Shown here: piece by piece, positions 1-12,910 of the stretch | Layout of the letters: each line of letters opens with the position of its first letter | Position numbering within the stretch: the stretch's first letter is position 1 | From: Lytechinus pictus | Taxonomy: Eukaryota | Reading direction: 5' to 3' | Assembly: GCF_037042905.1 (NCBI RefSeq) | Contig: NC_087256.1 | Coordinates: 4,836,001 to 4,900,000 of the forward strand | DNA: 64,000 nt | Program-made: the position numbers and the translations under genes | The notes under the pieces: generated by a model | Database searches by the model: none | What the model saw: only the letters and a program-made list of their open reading frames with translations | Told to the model about the DNA's origin: nothing

Positions 1-22
1 TTTAAATCTTTCTTTTGATCAG

Positions 23-3000
23 TCCTTGTGACTGGGCGTACAGATTTCATGTTCATCAAAGAAAGGCACATAAGTGGTTACAACAACGAAGCGCTTTCTG
101 GCGTAACTCCTGATCAATGCGCTTCAGCCTGTGTGTCGGCTTCCAGTTTTGTTTGCCTGTCCTTTGATTACAAGCAGTCGTCAAATGAGTGCTGGCTCAG
201 CGCGGAAAACGACCTGACTGTCGCCACGGGTACCGGTACTACGTATCACCTATATGTCCGAATCAGTAAGTCTATCAATCGTGCTGTGTGTCCACGGAAA
301 TCCCGTGTGTGTCTGACAATTGGTTTACTATAGAGCAGTTTTAAACGCAGAGGGAGCTGCATTTCTATGACCGGTTGAGTGTAAAATGTGTACCAAGGTA
401 GTTTTATTTCGACAAAACATCATGTACTATAATGCCCCTTTACTTAGGTAAACAGCCGTAACTGAAACTATTGGAGGCTTACTTGCCCGAACCTTACAAG
501 AAAAGATAGGTAGCTCTGATAAACTGAATAAAACAAGAACGTTACTTGAATTTAAGGATTTATGAAACATTAGGTTGACTCTTAATTTCTTCACAATGTA
601 GGCCTGTATAAAAATTTCTTCCTAGTTCTACCTTTCCATCAGCCATTCAACTTGTCGAATGGTAAATCCCTCACTAGGCAGGGGTATTTTGGGAGATCAC
701 ATGACCGGGGAGGGGCTCGGAGGCCTTCCTTAAGATCTTCAAACTCGAGGGGGATGGTTCGCAGCCCTCCCCCCCCCCCCACCCTGCAGCCTTGCTAGGT
801 TTAAATCTGGAAATGATGGGAGTTTTCATTCATATTTAAACCCACATTTTAAATAATTACATATCACAAGTAGACTGATACTCACATATCGTTTTCTCGA
901 CTGCATAGTCCAATTTGATGATATTATCTTTTGCATGATAACCACAAATCGTCTTTATTTTTGTTTTGCTTTCTTTCTATTCTTATTTCCCAGTGGATCG
1001 CGTTGAAGACCCATATACTGGTATGTGAACACATCGTACTGATATTTAAATGTATTAATGATTTTGTTTCCTCTTTCGCTCATTTCTGCAATGCGAGCTA
1101 GCATTGATGAATGGTTGCTGCATTGAGTATATTGATTTTATTATTACTTTATTGACTATGATTTTAACAAATATGATTGAAATAAATTCGTAATGAAACA
1201 ACCATCAATATCATGAAATCATATTTTCAGTATTCTCAATCCATAATGATTATCATATTCATTGCCACCGATGACCATTTCTTTTACGAATATTGGGGTC
1301 AAATGCATGGGCGATGTGACACTTGGCCGTTGCTGGACTAAACCAAAGTGACGAGGGGTCCTTGGATCTATATAATTAATACTCGAATTTTGTTGTTGTA
1401 AAACCAACACGCTACCTCAGGTCTTCTTGCCGTCTTATCAAATTCTCCGGTCCTATTCCTGATCAGGTGTATCCACGTACAGATTATCAACGAATCGTGT
1501 ATACAGAGAAAATATGTGGCACAAACCTGCGATAAATTTCAATCATTTTTCTCGATTACAACTTAAGAAATTGTTCCCAATTAGTCCTCTGTAAATAATC
1601 TAGTAATGTTATAATTTTCATTCATCAATCCGGTTGGAGAGCTTAGACAGCTTAATCTGTGATTCACATGTTACCTACGGCCATGAATTCTGGGGCCGGT
1701 TTCACAAAGAATGGAAACTTTGCCATTATGGCAACTTCCAGGGAAACCTTGAATCTGATTGGCTGCTGAGCCCTGTTACCATGTTGCCATAATTGCAAAG
1801 TTACAACAGTTGTAAGTCCTTTATGAAAAGGGCCCCAGATGACCACTTATCTCATCCGAAACCAGGGGCCCGTAACACAAAGCTTAGCAATGATCGTAGA
1901 ACATTGACTACAATGTACAATTAATCGTGAAAATCAAGTCTAACTTTTGTATTACGGGACCAAAGGATGTACAATAGATTTATCCGCGGTTTATCTGATA
2001 TAATCATCCTGTATTTTGTTACTACGCAGAGGTGTCGAGCTGTTCTGACGGCTGGACAGAGTACGGTTCAAACTGCTACTTACCGGTTCTAACCAGTTTG
2101 AGCTGGCTAGATGCAGAAACCGCCTGTCAAGGAGAAGGAGGTGAGATTCATGATGATCAATTATTGTTCTATAATGACAAAAATCAGTATAATAAGATAT
2201 TATAAATATTACCAGGATCCAGCGATTCTTATGAATAAAAATAATAAGCAATACTGTCTGAAACATGGCTGCTGGGCCCAGCAGTGTAGCGTGATTTGAG
2301 CAGATATGGAAAGCCCACACAGAAATAAAAACAAATACTCTTCTATATAACATGAAGTAAATTCTTAGTGTGTATTTTGAAAAAAGTAAATGTATGATCG
2401 GGGGGATGAGGGGAAAATTATATGAATCAATAGAACCTTAATTACATAACATAATAAAGAGACGCCTTACAAGGACACCAATATCTTCATCATGTCCGCC
2501 AGCCTACATTTCTTGTCCATAGATAGATTGAAGAAAAGTAGCCTACATGCCTCGAATATTGAAGATGGTCATTGCCAAGATTGTGACGAAAGAGAATTCA
2601 TGGATGAGTCTTTCATATCTCGCTTCCCAATCGTGAAATAAAAATAAAATCATAAATATGACACAATAATGTATTTTTCAACAAGATAAAGTACGATTTT
2701 GGTATGGCATTACAAGCCGATGCCGTCATTGTTTCAATAAACGGTTTTATGTAATCATTTATATTGTATGGTTCATTGATTTTATTTTTGAAGGTTATTG
2801 ATTTAATATTTCGCATTTGTTGGTTTTACAGGACATTTAGCAGTTCCGGACAATGAAGACGAATACAACTTCATGAGACGATCATTGCGATGGTCTCAGT
2901 CTGACTCAAGCACCATTTGGCTTGGATATAACGACATTGCAGTAGAAGGTAACAATTGGGGATTGGTATTCATGATGATGATGATATCGACCATGATGAA

Positions 3001-6000
3001 CGACATTTACATAATTATATAGATCATCTATCTGAATAGTATATATGATGCAACCAGAATCCATCCTACAATAATCACTCTGGTTTTAGTTTGATACTTT
3101 GTCATCATTTTATGTTGGTAGATTGGACATGGGGGGAGTTGCATCGAAGAAACGAATAGTATTAGCGTTACCAAATTCAAAATGTTACTCTCGGCCATCT
3201 TAAAAGATCCCTACAAATGGCAAGCATGGTGATCCGCAGATGAAATACCAGAAATAAACGTATACACACACTCTATAATGTAAAATAAAGCACACATTCC
3301 TTTATTCAATTAAACTATAGTGAATTGAAGATGTTTGTGAGCACTTGAAATATTCAAATACGCCATTTGTTTTCATGGTAACAGGAACATGGGTAGATGC
3401 TGAAGGGAACACCCCATCGTACGCTCCTTGGAAGAGCGGTGAGCCCAACGGTGATATAAGCGAGAATGGAGCGGTCATGTATATCGATGACTTAACAGAT
3501 ATGGTGGACGTGACAGTCGATAATACATTACATTATATCTGCAAAGCAAGCCCAGGTATACTACTAACTTTATTTTCTTATAAAGCTGTCCATGATGATT
3601 CATGTCAGTGAGTTATATTTCTTGAAACAACAGAATACGTGATTACAATACGGGATTGCTATAGACTTGTAAACGATGCCCTTGCATGCTCCTTGTCTTT
3701 TAAATGTCTTGCTTGTATACGTTACTCCTACACTTTTCCTTGAGTTTAGTTAATGAATAGAGGAAGGTGGATTGATGCCCAACAGACTTGAAGAAGAAAT
3801 ATCAACCCTCGGAATAATTAATGATTTAGATATCAATCTTTAAAGAAAAAGGCAGATCATCATTACCATTTATTTAACCACTTATTTCTGTAACTAATCA
3901 CTTGTTTCCAATTATGCCCAAAACGCTTTAATGAATTTAAGCTAGTAAGGTTGCGAAATATTCATGTTAAGTTAAAATATGGAATTATGGCCTTTATTCC
4001 ACGGCGTCTGCTTAGAGATTGAAAACGTCTTTTCTCAGAAGTAGACTGACATAGTCAGGAGTCCGTACTAATATGTTTTCTGTCCGGAAGGTTGTTACAC
4101 TTGTCTAGATACATTATAATTTACAACTAACCAAAATTCTTATTTTTTAAATAATAGGAGCTTCTGCAATCAGTCAACCTACCACCCACCCTCTCTGCGG
4201 TAACGGTTGGGCTTGGGACGATCACAGCTGTTACCTCTTTGGATCTGATACCCGGTCCTGGTCTGACGCGCGGGACTACTGTCAGTCCCAAGGCGCGGAT
4301 CTTGTTACCATAGAGTCCGATAGGGAATTTGACTTCTTGGTCGATTATTATCGTCATCGATACTCAAGCAGGAAATTCTGGATTGGACTGACGTATCGAT
4401 CGTCTGACGGTAAGTATAATGGGATAGTTCAGTCTGTCCTCTAATAGGCAAGCTCCCATTTTCCAAAGCTCTAGATATCTCCTTTTGTCTCCCTTCGGTA
4501 ATTATTACTTATCTCTCAGAGAGGCCAGACTGGACTTATATCAGTTTTGTGAATCTTCCCAAACATGGCGATTCTTCTCCTTTCGAAGGCTTGCCCATTG
4601 TCTGTGTCACTGATAGCTGGTCAGGAATGGTTTTCTCATTACCTACTAGGTCTTGCAATTTTTTTAAAAAAGGAGGACAGCTCGATGGTTGTTACACAAA
4701 CTGCAATGATGAGTCACAGTCATACTCTTTATCCCGTAATACTGGCATCAACCGTTCTTCCAATGGAATCTAAGCAGAAAATTCACAAAACGTTTTTCAA
4801 CAGCAAAACCATTAAAACTTGGAATGAATTTTGATAGAGGATCCGCCATGAATGTGTAATAAATCCGATTTACATTTGTTTTGTTTTTAGGGTTGTGGCG
4901 CTATGAAACAGAACACTACACTGAGCCAGAGAGTAGCTCTTACTGGTTGAGTGGACAGCCTGACAGTGGAGGATCAGGTGAAGACTGTGTGGAGCTTTAC
5001 ACTTCTCAGAGTCTCAACGATCGAGCCTGCTCAACCACCAATTATTACATCTGTGAAGATGATACTCGTAAGGAGCACTTGATTATTACTGTAAACTGAT
5101 TATGATCGTACGACCTATATGCTATATTCAGAATGATATGAAAATAAACAGAGGATGTACGTCGATAGATTGTTGTCTCTCACACTGCAGGGGGAAATAT
5201 ACCAGGAATAGTGCGAAGGGCGAGGGGATGAAGATGACAGACTGACAGAGAATTAGTCAGAGAAGGGGCAAGAACGGGAAAATGAAAATAAACGAGAAGG
5301 AGAAGAAGAAGGAGAAGAAGAATACGAAGAAGAAAGAGGAGGAGGAAGGTGGAGAGTGGGGATGATAAAAGAGCAAGAATGTTAAGATGAGGAAGATGCA
5401 CGGACAAGCGGTTAACCAAATTAATAGGAACAAAATATAATTTTAAACAGCTTTTTTAAAATCCCTTTTCCAGATCCTTCATCTTACCCAAGCGACCTGT
5501 CTGTGGAGGTAGCTGGTACCAATGCTGTCACTCTTACATGGGGAAGCATTCCACAATCTGTTCAGAACTCGGACGTCAACGGCATAACCGTAAGAAATCG
5601 CTCCATCTGTATGTTGGTGTGTGTGATGGGACGGGTTGAAAGAAAGTTGGTGTTTTGTGGGTGTGTGTTTGTGTGTGTAGGTGCGCTCGTGTGCATGATG
5701 TGTGTGCATGTGTGCACATAAGTGTGTGTGGATTCGTTTACAAATGAATTGGATTGATCAGTTGGTGAGGGGTTCAAATGAAGTAGGAGCACCCCAAAAT
5801 AATTAATCTTCATCTGTCCCACATTATCATCAAAATCATTAGTGTTTTCTTGTCTTTTCCTTAGGTCAATTACTGGCCTATGAACAAACAGAGTAGTAAT
5901 ACAGAGTCTCTTAACTTCGATGTGTCGACGTCATCGCATTACATGACGGGATTAAAACCTGGAACGACCTACGAGTTCGTCATCTTTGCAAGTAATGATA

Positions 6001-7205
6001 ACGGCGACGGTCCCGAGAGCGATCCACCAGTCAATGCAACTTTGGAGTCATCTCGTAAGTTTGAAGACACGATGATAATTTCACAGATCTTAACTGTGAT
6101 TCCACTTGAATTATTTTTACTCTCACTTTCAATACAAAACGGAAGTGAATGCTAATCAGTTATTACTAGAACACATCCCCCAAAGCAAATAAGCAATTCT
6201 CATTTCCCCGTGGTCATGGGGAACCGAACAAAAAAAATTCTTATTTAAATGCACGTCGTCGTTAATTTAAAAAAGAGGTTTGAAAGTTCGTAATAAATTG
6301 CAGGGCAGTCCCAAAACAGATGCGAATTACTTTCAACAAAGGAAGAACAAATTGTGCATTTAATGCGATTCAGACAAGCCCATCCGATAGTAGCTTCCAA
6401 GTAATCCTTGGTTTTGCTTGGTTGTCGAGCTTTTTTTTACATGGTGGTTATCATTTGATGACCAAATCACCATTATAAATTTTATGCAACGGGAATCAAA
6501 ACCGAAGTACTTAATCTTGTCTGATTCAAAGACGCCTGACAGTTTCAATTCTAGAGCTCATCTCATTTTTAAATATGTAACAGAGTTTATAAATCATATC
6601 TTGTGTTCGAGCGAAATGGTTTCATTAACAAACTTGGGGCATCATAACACACTTCTTTCAACTCTTCTTAATTTTTTTTTGCGAGGGGATGGGTTGAAAT
6701 CTCTTTTAGATATGAAATGATTAGATATGCAAGTCATGAACCATTTCAATAACATATTGCATATTCAACCATATTACGATAATCTTTATGACTATTATAT
6801 TTGTACTTTTTCTCTTTGGTTCTTTTTTTCTTCTTTCACTGCGCCTTGGGCACTCTGCCGAGTGGATTACGCGCATTACAAATCACATATATTATTATTA
6901 TTAATCTTTCTCCTTTTTTATAATTTTTTACAGTAACTCGTACCCGAAATGAACGATTATCGGTCTATGTACTTCAGGAGGGGTATCGACTCTCTAACCA
7001 CCACCTCTCTCAGTTAGATGCCTACAGTCTGGCCCATTGTACCAACCACTGCACCAGGGATAGTAACTGTTTATCCATCAACTACCACCGGACAGCTGCA
7101 GGGCCCATGAAACCATGTGTCTTGAACAGCAACACACATACTGACAATGCAGGCGATTTTGTGTCGGATCTTGATTACACCTATGCCAGTATCGAAGGAT
7201 TTTAG
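23..7205 (+). CDS. 5'-truncated multi-exon extracellular mosaic lectin: PAN/apple - C-type lectin (EPN) - C-type lectin (QPD) - FN3 - PAN/apple
   Basis: Ten exons with AG/GT ends that keep frame: 23-265 (PAN: CASAC..CLSFDY..CWLS), 994-1020, 2030-2140, 2832-2948, 3385-3555 (CTLD1: CSDGW..CY..WLG..GEPN..YIC), 4158-4409, 4891-5067 (CTLD2: CGNGW..FWIGL..GQPD..EDC..LNDRAC..YIC), 5474-5589, 5865-6054 (FN3: LTW..GLKPGTTYEF..GDGPES), 6934-7205 (PAN: CTNHC..CLSINY..CVLN, stop TAG 7203-7205). No TM segment before the stop. Confidence 0.92.
1693..1835. mobile_element. Non-autonomous MITE, PIF/Harbinger-like
   Basis: Inverted ends GGGCCGGTTTCACAAAG / CTTTATGAAAAGGGCCC flanked by CTG / CAG; lies in an intron. 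Confidence 0.6.
1863..1962. mobile_element. Second small Harbinger-like MITE remnant
   Basis: GGCCCGTAACACAAAG ... CTTTTGTATTACGGGACC imperfect inverted repeat. Confidence 0.5.
4545..4850 (+). mobile_element. Degenerate LINE ORF2 3' fragment
   Basis: Translates to ..KTFFNSKTIKTWNE, resembling the F-F-x-x-x-x-I-x-x-W-N motif near the end of CR1/L2-type ORF2; intronic and broken. Confidence 0.4.
6838..6905 (+). mobile_element. LINE/SINE 3' tail (L2-like)
   Basis: GCGCCTTG...GCGCATTACAAAT followed by an (ATT)n tail. Confidence 0.4.
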
Positions 7206-8989
7206 ATCTTTAATTTGGCGGGAAATGCGTCGCCAAAAGTCAAACTTTTCCTCCAGTTAATCTATAAGACTTTTGGATGTACATATTTAGGCAATAAGAA
7301 TTGACAGAGTTTTAACAGGATATTTTATAAAAGGACCGACAGGAAACCTGACGATAAGATAAAATCATTGAGAAATCATATATAATGGGGGAACAAGTGT
7401 AGTCCTTTTTTTTAATATGATATTGTTGCTTGTTATCACTATTCCCCATTCGGTATTTCGAATGTATTCTTATGAGGTGCATTGCAGCAAAGTCAGATAT
7501 AATACACATCGTGAATAATTTAATATATTTAGATGTTATTTTGTAAGATATTTCTACTTCATGTATAATGAGAAAATAAAATACCCAGGCGGAAAGAAAC
7601 AAGTTGTTCCCTTTTTAATTAGTGAGTGATTAACCGATAACATGTATGGAAGAACTTCGAGAGAGGAAAGATGGTATATGTGTATATACGGAGTGTGTAG
7701 AGAGAAAATGATTGTATTAAACGAGAGACTTTGTTAATAAATTATGGGGGAATATAATTTGGAAAGGTCAGAAAGTAGAAATTAAATTTTAAAAGCAGAT
7801 ATGTAACTTTTAAGACGTGACTTTTTTTAAAATCTAATCAGAAAAGTGACTGTTGGAATTCTTTCTTCAAATTAGTTATACTCACTCATGCGCTAATTAG
7901 GAATCGTGTGTATAAAAAAGTGTAAAAAATATAAGCTTTACAATGATATGTAATTTGTTCATTATACTTGTGATTAAGTTATGATAATTCTCGGGTACGT
8001 ATTTTTTATGGGACGCACTGTATATCCTTCTCCCCCCTTTCCCCGCCTCCAACCCCGAAGTTACACGAGTGCTCATGAACTATATTTGCAAGATATATAC
8101 ATGTATATATTACAAAAATTTGATTCAAAACCAAGTACACATCGACCCCATATTGTCGCGTATGCTCGTATGGAAGGAAAAAACATGAATTTCCTCTGCC
8201 GAAGTATGTGTTGTTCAATTTTAGTTTTCAATTTCATTAAGATTTTTATTTTGTTCAAGCAATTGTTCATCTGTTCAATTCAATTCAAATTCAATTTATT
8301 CTTGATAATAATTAAAACATCAAATTGTACATTCGTATATAGAAATATCATTACAAGAAAAGGAGGGCAACAAGAAGTTTACACTTGAAAATAAGAAGCC
8401 TCCAAAATTACAGTAATTAGTATATGTACACATCAGATGAAGAGGGGGGGGGAGCGAAATATGCTCATTCACACACAGACACACCCACCGAGAAACATCG
8501 CCATCATCACACACAAAAGCACATCCGAACATCCATCATCTTGGTTCATTCATTAACAAAAATAATACATAACTAAATGAGGTGAGTTTGGATTCAAATT
8601 AGGAATAGGTAAATATCGTTCGGCTAAAATAATAAAGGGCCACGGTTCATCGGGCTTGCATGCACAATTGACATTTGAGAGCGATCTCTTTCACGTTAAA
8701 CGCAATATCACAACTGAAGATAAATTTCCCAACGAGCTCCTAACCTACCGCGGATTATTACCATGTTTAATACAGTTCGTTTTCATAATTGGCTTTTATG
8801 ACATTGCTGTAGTGTATCCTACAATATTACATACAATGTTTCTACACAGAACAGTGTAGCATGAGTGCCTGAGACTGCCATAGCATGTTCATCTGAGGAA
8901 GAAACATATATTGGGGCGGAGGAGCTGTTTATTGTGCCCTGTATCAGTGTACAGTGAGTTTACAGCCAGTCACGTATTGTATCGCAGCA

Positions 8990-11915
8990 ATGGCTTTCCA
9001 AGGAATGACAGACAGAGAATTAATGGCCATCGCCAATAATATAGGATTGGAAATCGACGAGCTTGGTGTCCATCTAGGCTTCACTTGGCGCAAGGTCCAG
9101 TATTTCCAGTTACGTAATATACTAGGGTTCTACCTTGGATCAAACTTCTCTGGTACCATGGGGATGCTGCATTCTTGGAAGAAGATGAGGAGAGAGCCCG
9201 TTAATGAACATCGACACATTTTTGCGAACTGTCTTGTGCGTGCTGGTTGGGTTAACCTATCCGAAAGAGTGCTAGAAGGTATGCCTATCAAACTTGCAAA
9301 CGCATACAACGCACTTGCAAGTTGCATTTTGGTTGCAGCCTGTAAACCACGTTTAAATTGATCCATACTTGATTATATCGATAATACAATAGATTTATGG
9401 GTATCCAAAGATATTTCGGGTTTTTTCTTCAATTTTTAAAAGGATAATTTATGTAAGCTCTACCCTTAAAACAAAGAGCTCCATAAGTAGTGAGGTATCA
9501 TTCCCAACCAAGAGGTATAAATTCGCAGAAGCTGACAAAATTGTTTAATATCAAACAAGCTGAAGCATCATAGGCACAGTTTTTGTAAATATGCATTGTA
9601 TTAAATCATGGAGTTCTTTGTGAGCAGCAGCAGCTGCGTTATGGCAAGTCTATTGAAAACTGTTAGTGACGCTGACATTGATTGACAGATGATATCACTG
9701 TAGGATTCATTTCTACTTTTGAAAAGTGGAACCGCTCTATAAGCCAACAAATGGCTTTAGTCTAGACGGTTGGGGTCCAGGGGCCCTGTAGGGATACCCC
9801 CCCCCCTCCCCTCGAAACCCACCGTAACAAATTTAGCGACATGACATTTGTTGCTCGCCCCCTGAAAATAAACACCTAGCTGCAACGCCCCTGAATCCTA
9901 GTTAATGCATTTTTTTATATTTGTAAATGCTAATTTTAGAATCATTGGTTACCTCTGGCGCTTTCTCACAGTATTTTCCAATAAAGTTATTTTAGTAAAT
10001 GTTTTGGTCTCCTGAAATCTTGCATGTTACTACTTTCAATAATTATGTGTACTGTGACTTGAATAAATAAACATAAATGGAAATAATGATAATAATTGTG
10101 TGTTTAAACTATTATTTCACATATGCAGGCAAATTCATTCCTGAGGCGGAAAACATGAATGACGTGATACATCTAGGGTCCACCGTCATAAACAAGTTGC
10201 TAATCCTCGCCGGGGTGTTGATTGTTCTGCTTGCTATCGTATGTTCTGTGTTTTGTACGAATCTTCTTCTCTTACCAACGGAAATTAAAGAACTTCGGAA
10301 ACATCTCATTAATTACTATAATACACGCTCTTGCGACATCAAGACTGTTCCCTGGAATGATTCCAGTATTCTAGATCTTGATGATTTGTTCATCAATTTG
10401 AATCTCTTGCAACGTGGCGTTGACAAAAATAGCAATTTGGTGCGGGAAGACATTTCATATACAAAGCTTTTCCAAATACAAAAGAAAGGAAAGGTTTCGA
10501 AGAGGATTCTCCTAAGAGGTGCGGGAGGGACTGGAAAAACAACACTCTCGTGTAAAATAGCCCATGATTGGGGTAGTTGTTTGTGGGGGTTCTCCATCAG
10601 GTGTACCCCTTTACTAATCGTTCTTCAGTTACGGTTGGTTGACCCTACGAACAGTCTTGGTCAAGAGGTTGTGAACCAAGGTCTGGTTCCGACAGATCGA
10701 CATGGAAGTATAACAGCTGACTTAATAAACAGCTATATAAGCCAGAATCCAGAGAGTGCTATCATCATATTCGATGGTTACGACGAGTATGTATATGGAA
10801 GTTTGAAGGAAGACGGCAAAAAGGGAGTCCTCGATATTCTAAGGTATAAATCATTCAGAGATACAATGGTGATGGTCACATGTAGACCGTGGCGAATAGC
10901 AGACTTTGAAAATTTTCCGGACTACACTCACGTCGAACTGACAGGATTTACCTCGGAAAACGTGGTCGCCTATGTTAATAAGTTCTTTCTGCACAACAAA
11001 ATGAAATCGGATGACCTTCTGAAGTGGCTTTCTGGTGGCAAGTACCCTGACTTAACAGACCAAATACTGAAGGATTCGGAAGTCTTGCCGTGTGATAATT
11101 ACTACTTTGATTGTAGCATTGAGGACATTTCCTTCATGGCAAGATACCCTCTGTTTTTGGCCATGTTTTGCGAGCTCTCAAAGAATGGAAGCTTCCTGAC
11201 AGAGACTTACACCGTCCCTGACGTGTTCAATAATATCATAGAATACATGTACGAACAATATATTAACAAGATAAAGGATTCTGAAAGGGGAGACCTCGTT
11301 GATTTCGACAATCTAAAGGTGTTTCTAGGAAAGCCAGCATATGATAGTTTTTGGGGACAGCCCGGTCCGATTCAGAATGAAAAAACTGTGTTCACTGCAG
11401 AGGAGTTCAAAAATGATACTGTCTTTAGATTAGGTAGTGAAATCGGATTCCTAACCAATATTCCAGAAAATGACTATTACCGGGGCAGGATGCCTCGACG
11501 AAAAGTCTACACAACGGTATTCTTCCATAAGTTCGTCCAAGAGTATTTTGCGTCTTGCTATTTTAATCATCTACATGACAATTTTCCTTCTAGAGCTAAC
11601 AGAATACAACATATCTTTGCCAAGGATAATACCTTCATCTTCTTTTGTGCCTCATCGGCAAAGGTAACAACTGAAGAGATGAAGCAGTACATAGAGAGCG
11701 ATTCACATCTTTTCGTCAAGGAATATGTCCACACCGCAGGCTCGAAGATTCCAGCTAGTTTTCAGGGTTTAGTTGGTAGTATGAGCGAAGGGAGTAAGAT
11801 AGAAAATTCTTATACTAATGTACAAGGTCAAAATTTAGTGCCTTTAGTTGGCCGCATGGAGGGTAATAGTAAGTTAATAAATTCTTTTAATTTTGGGAAT
11901 GGAAATTACAAATAG
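8990..11915 (+). CDS. NLR-like protein (~691 aa): DEATH domain - predicted TM helix - NACHT/HD1/WHD - short repeat tail; no LRR
   Basis: Exon 8990-9278 is a death fold (DRELMAIANNIG..LGVHLGF..MLHSW..LVRAG). Donor G|GTATG and acceptor TGCAG|GC at 10129 splice in phase 1 into ORF 10077-11915. Walker A GAGGTGKTT, Walker B IIIFDGYDE, VTCRP, PLFLAMFC, WHD FHKFVQEYFAS. AATAAA cluster ~13184-13198. Confidence 0.88.
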
Positions 11916-12499
11916 AATAAGGTGGAGATGACAAAAAGGAAGACGAGGTGGGCAACACACAGGAAGCATAAAACGGACGAAAACAAGAGGACGAAGAAGA
12001 AAACACGAATCTGACGAAAATATGTAATAGGCACATGTTACATGTGATACTATGAAAAATCTATCAAGATTCAATCCTGAACAGTGAGACAGACGATCAC
12101 ATGACCATACACAATCCAGTGACGTATTCAAACCAAGCAGACTTGTCATGCTCCCTTGTATATCTTAAAGAAGACACTGCTAAACCTACCTCTGATGGTT
12201 CTCTGCTGATGAGTATATCATTTTGGCTAAACGGTGTAGAGTAATTTTGCGATGCAAATTGTATAGGAAGGATGTCCTTCCTATACATTCCGGGAAATTC
12301 CACAGACCTAAGAAAAGAAACACTTAAGTAAACTGGCAATCCAACATGGGATGGTGGATTTTACACTAAACCATACTTACCATGCTTGCTTTTGAAAATC
12401 GTAAATGACAGAGTATAATTCTAGTAATGATGACTTATGAAAATGGTAAGGGTTCTCATTCCAAATTAATCAACTTGTGAATTGTTATGTATCCTGTTC

Positions 12500-12910
12500 A
12501 CAGCTGAGATATGGTTATTCCATTTAAGGAAAGAGATCCCGAAAACCTTACTATTGACAGACCCTTTACCATGTTAACCGCTTTTTCAAAGTTCTTTCAG
12601 AAAGTGATTTTGTCATAACGTTGAATCTTCTCAACAAGAGAAATATTATGGTTATGCTTTCGAGAAAAAAATATATAATTACCTATGCCATGCTAGGTTT
12701 TAATGATTAAAAAATCACCATCAATAGACAAAATGTTACACATCATTGGTATATGCCTTGATTATGCTAAAGCATTCGACACAGTAAATTATGCTACTTG
12801 GAAATTGCAAAGTTGCAAGTGTCCGGTGTTCAGTTACTTAGCTCCCAGAAAACAATGTTTCTAACAAATCATAATGTAAAATCAGTCAGGGACATTGCCG
12901 TGTTCCTACA
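12500..12910 (+). mobile_element. Decayed CR1/L2-type LINE reverse transcriptase fragment (probably in the NLR 3' UTR)
   Basis: Frame-broken pieces translate to DRPFTMLTAFSKFFQKVI and HIIGICLDYAKAFDTVNY, matching the RT motifs YRPIS(L)L..FSK.FEK and LD..KAFDTV. Confidence 0.75.

Noticed and set aside
10077-10128. MEIMIIIVCL.. start of the 612-aa ORF as a signal peptide
   Set aside because: Lies in the intron before the acceptor at 10128; the in-phase DEATH exon supplies the N-terminus.
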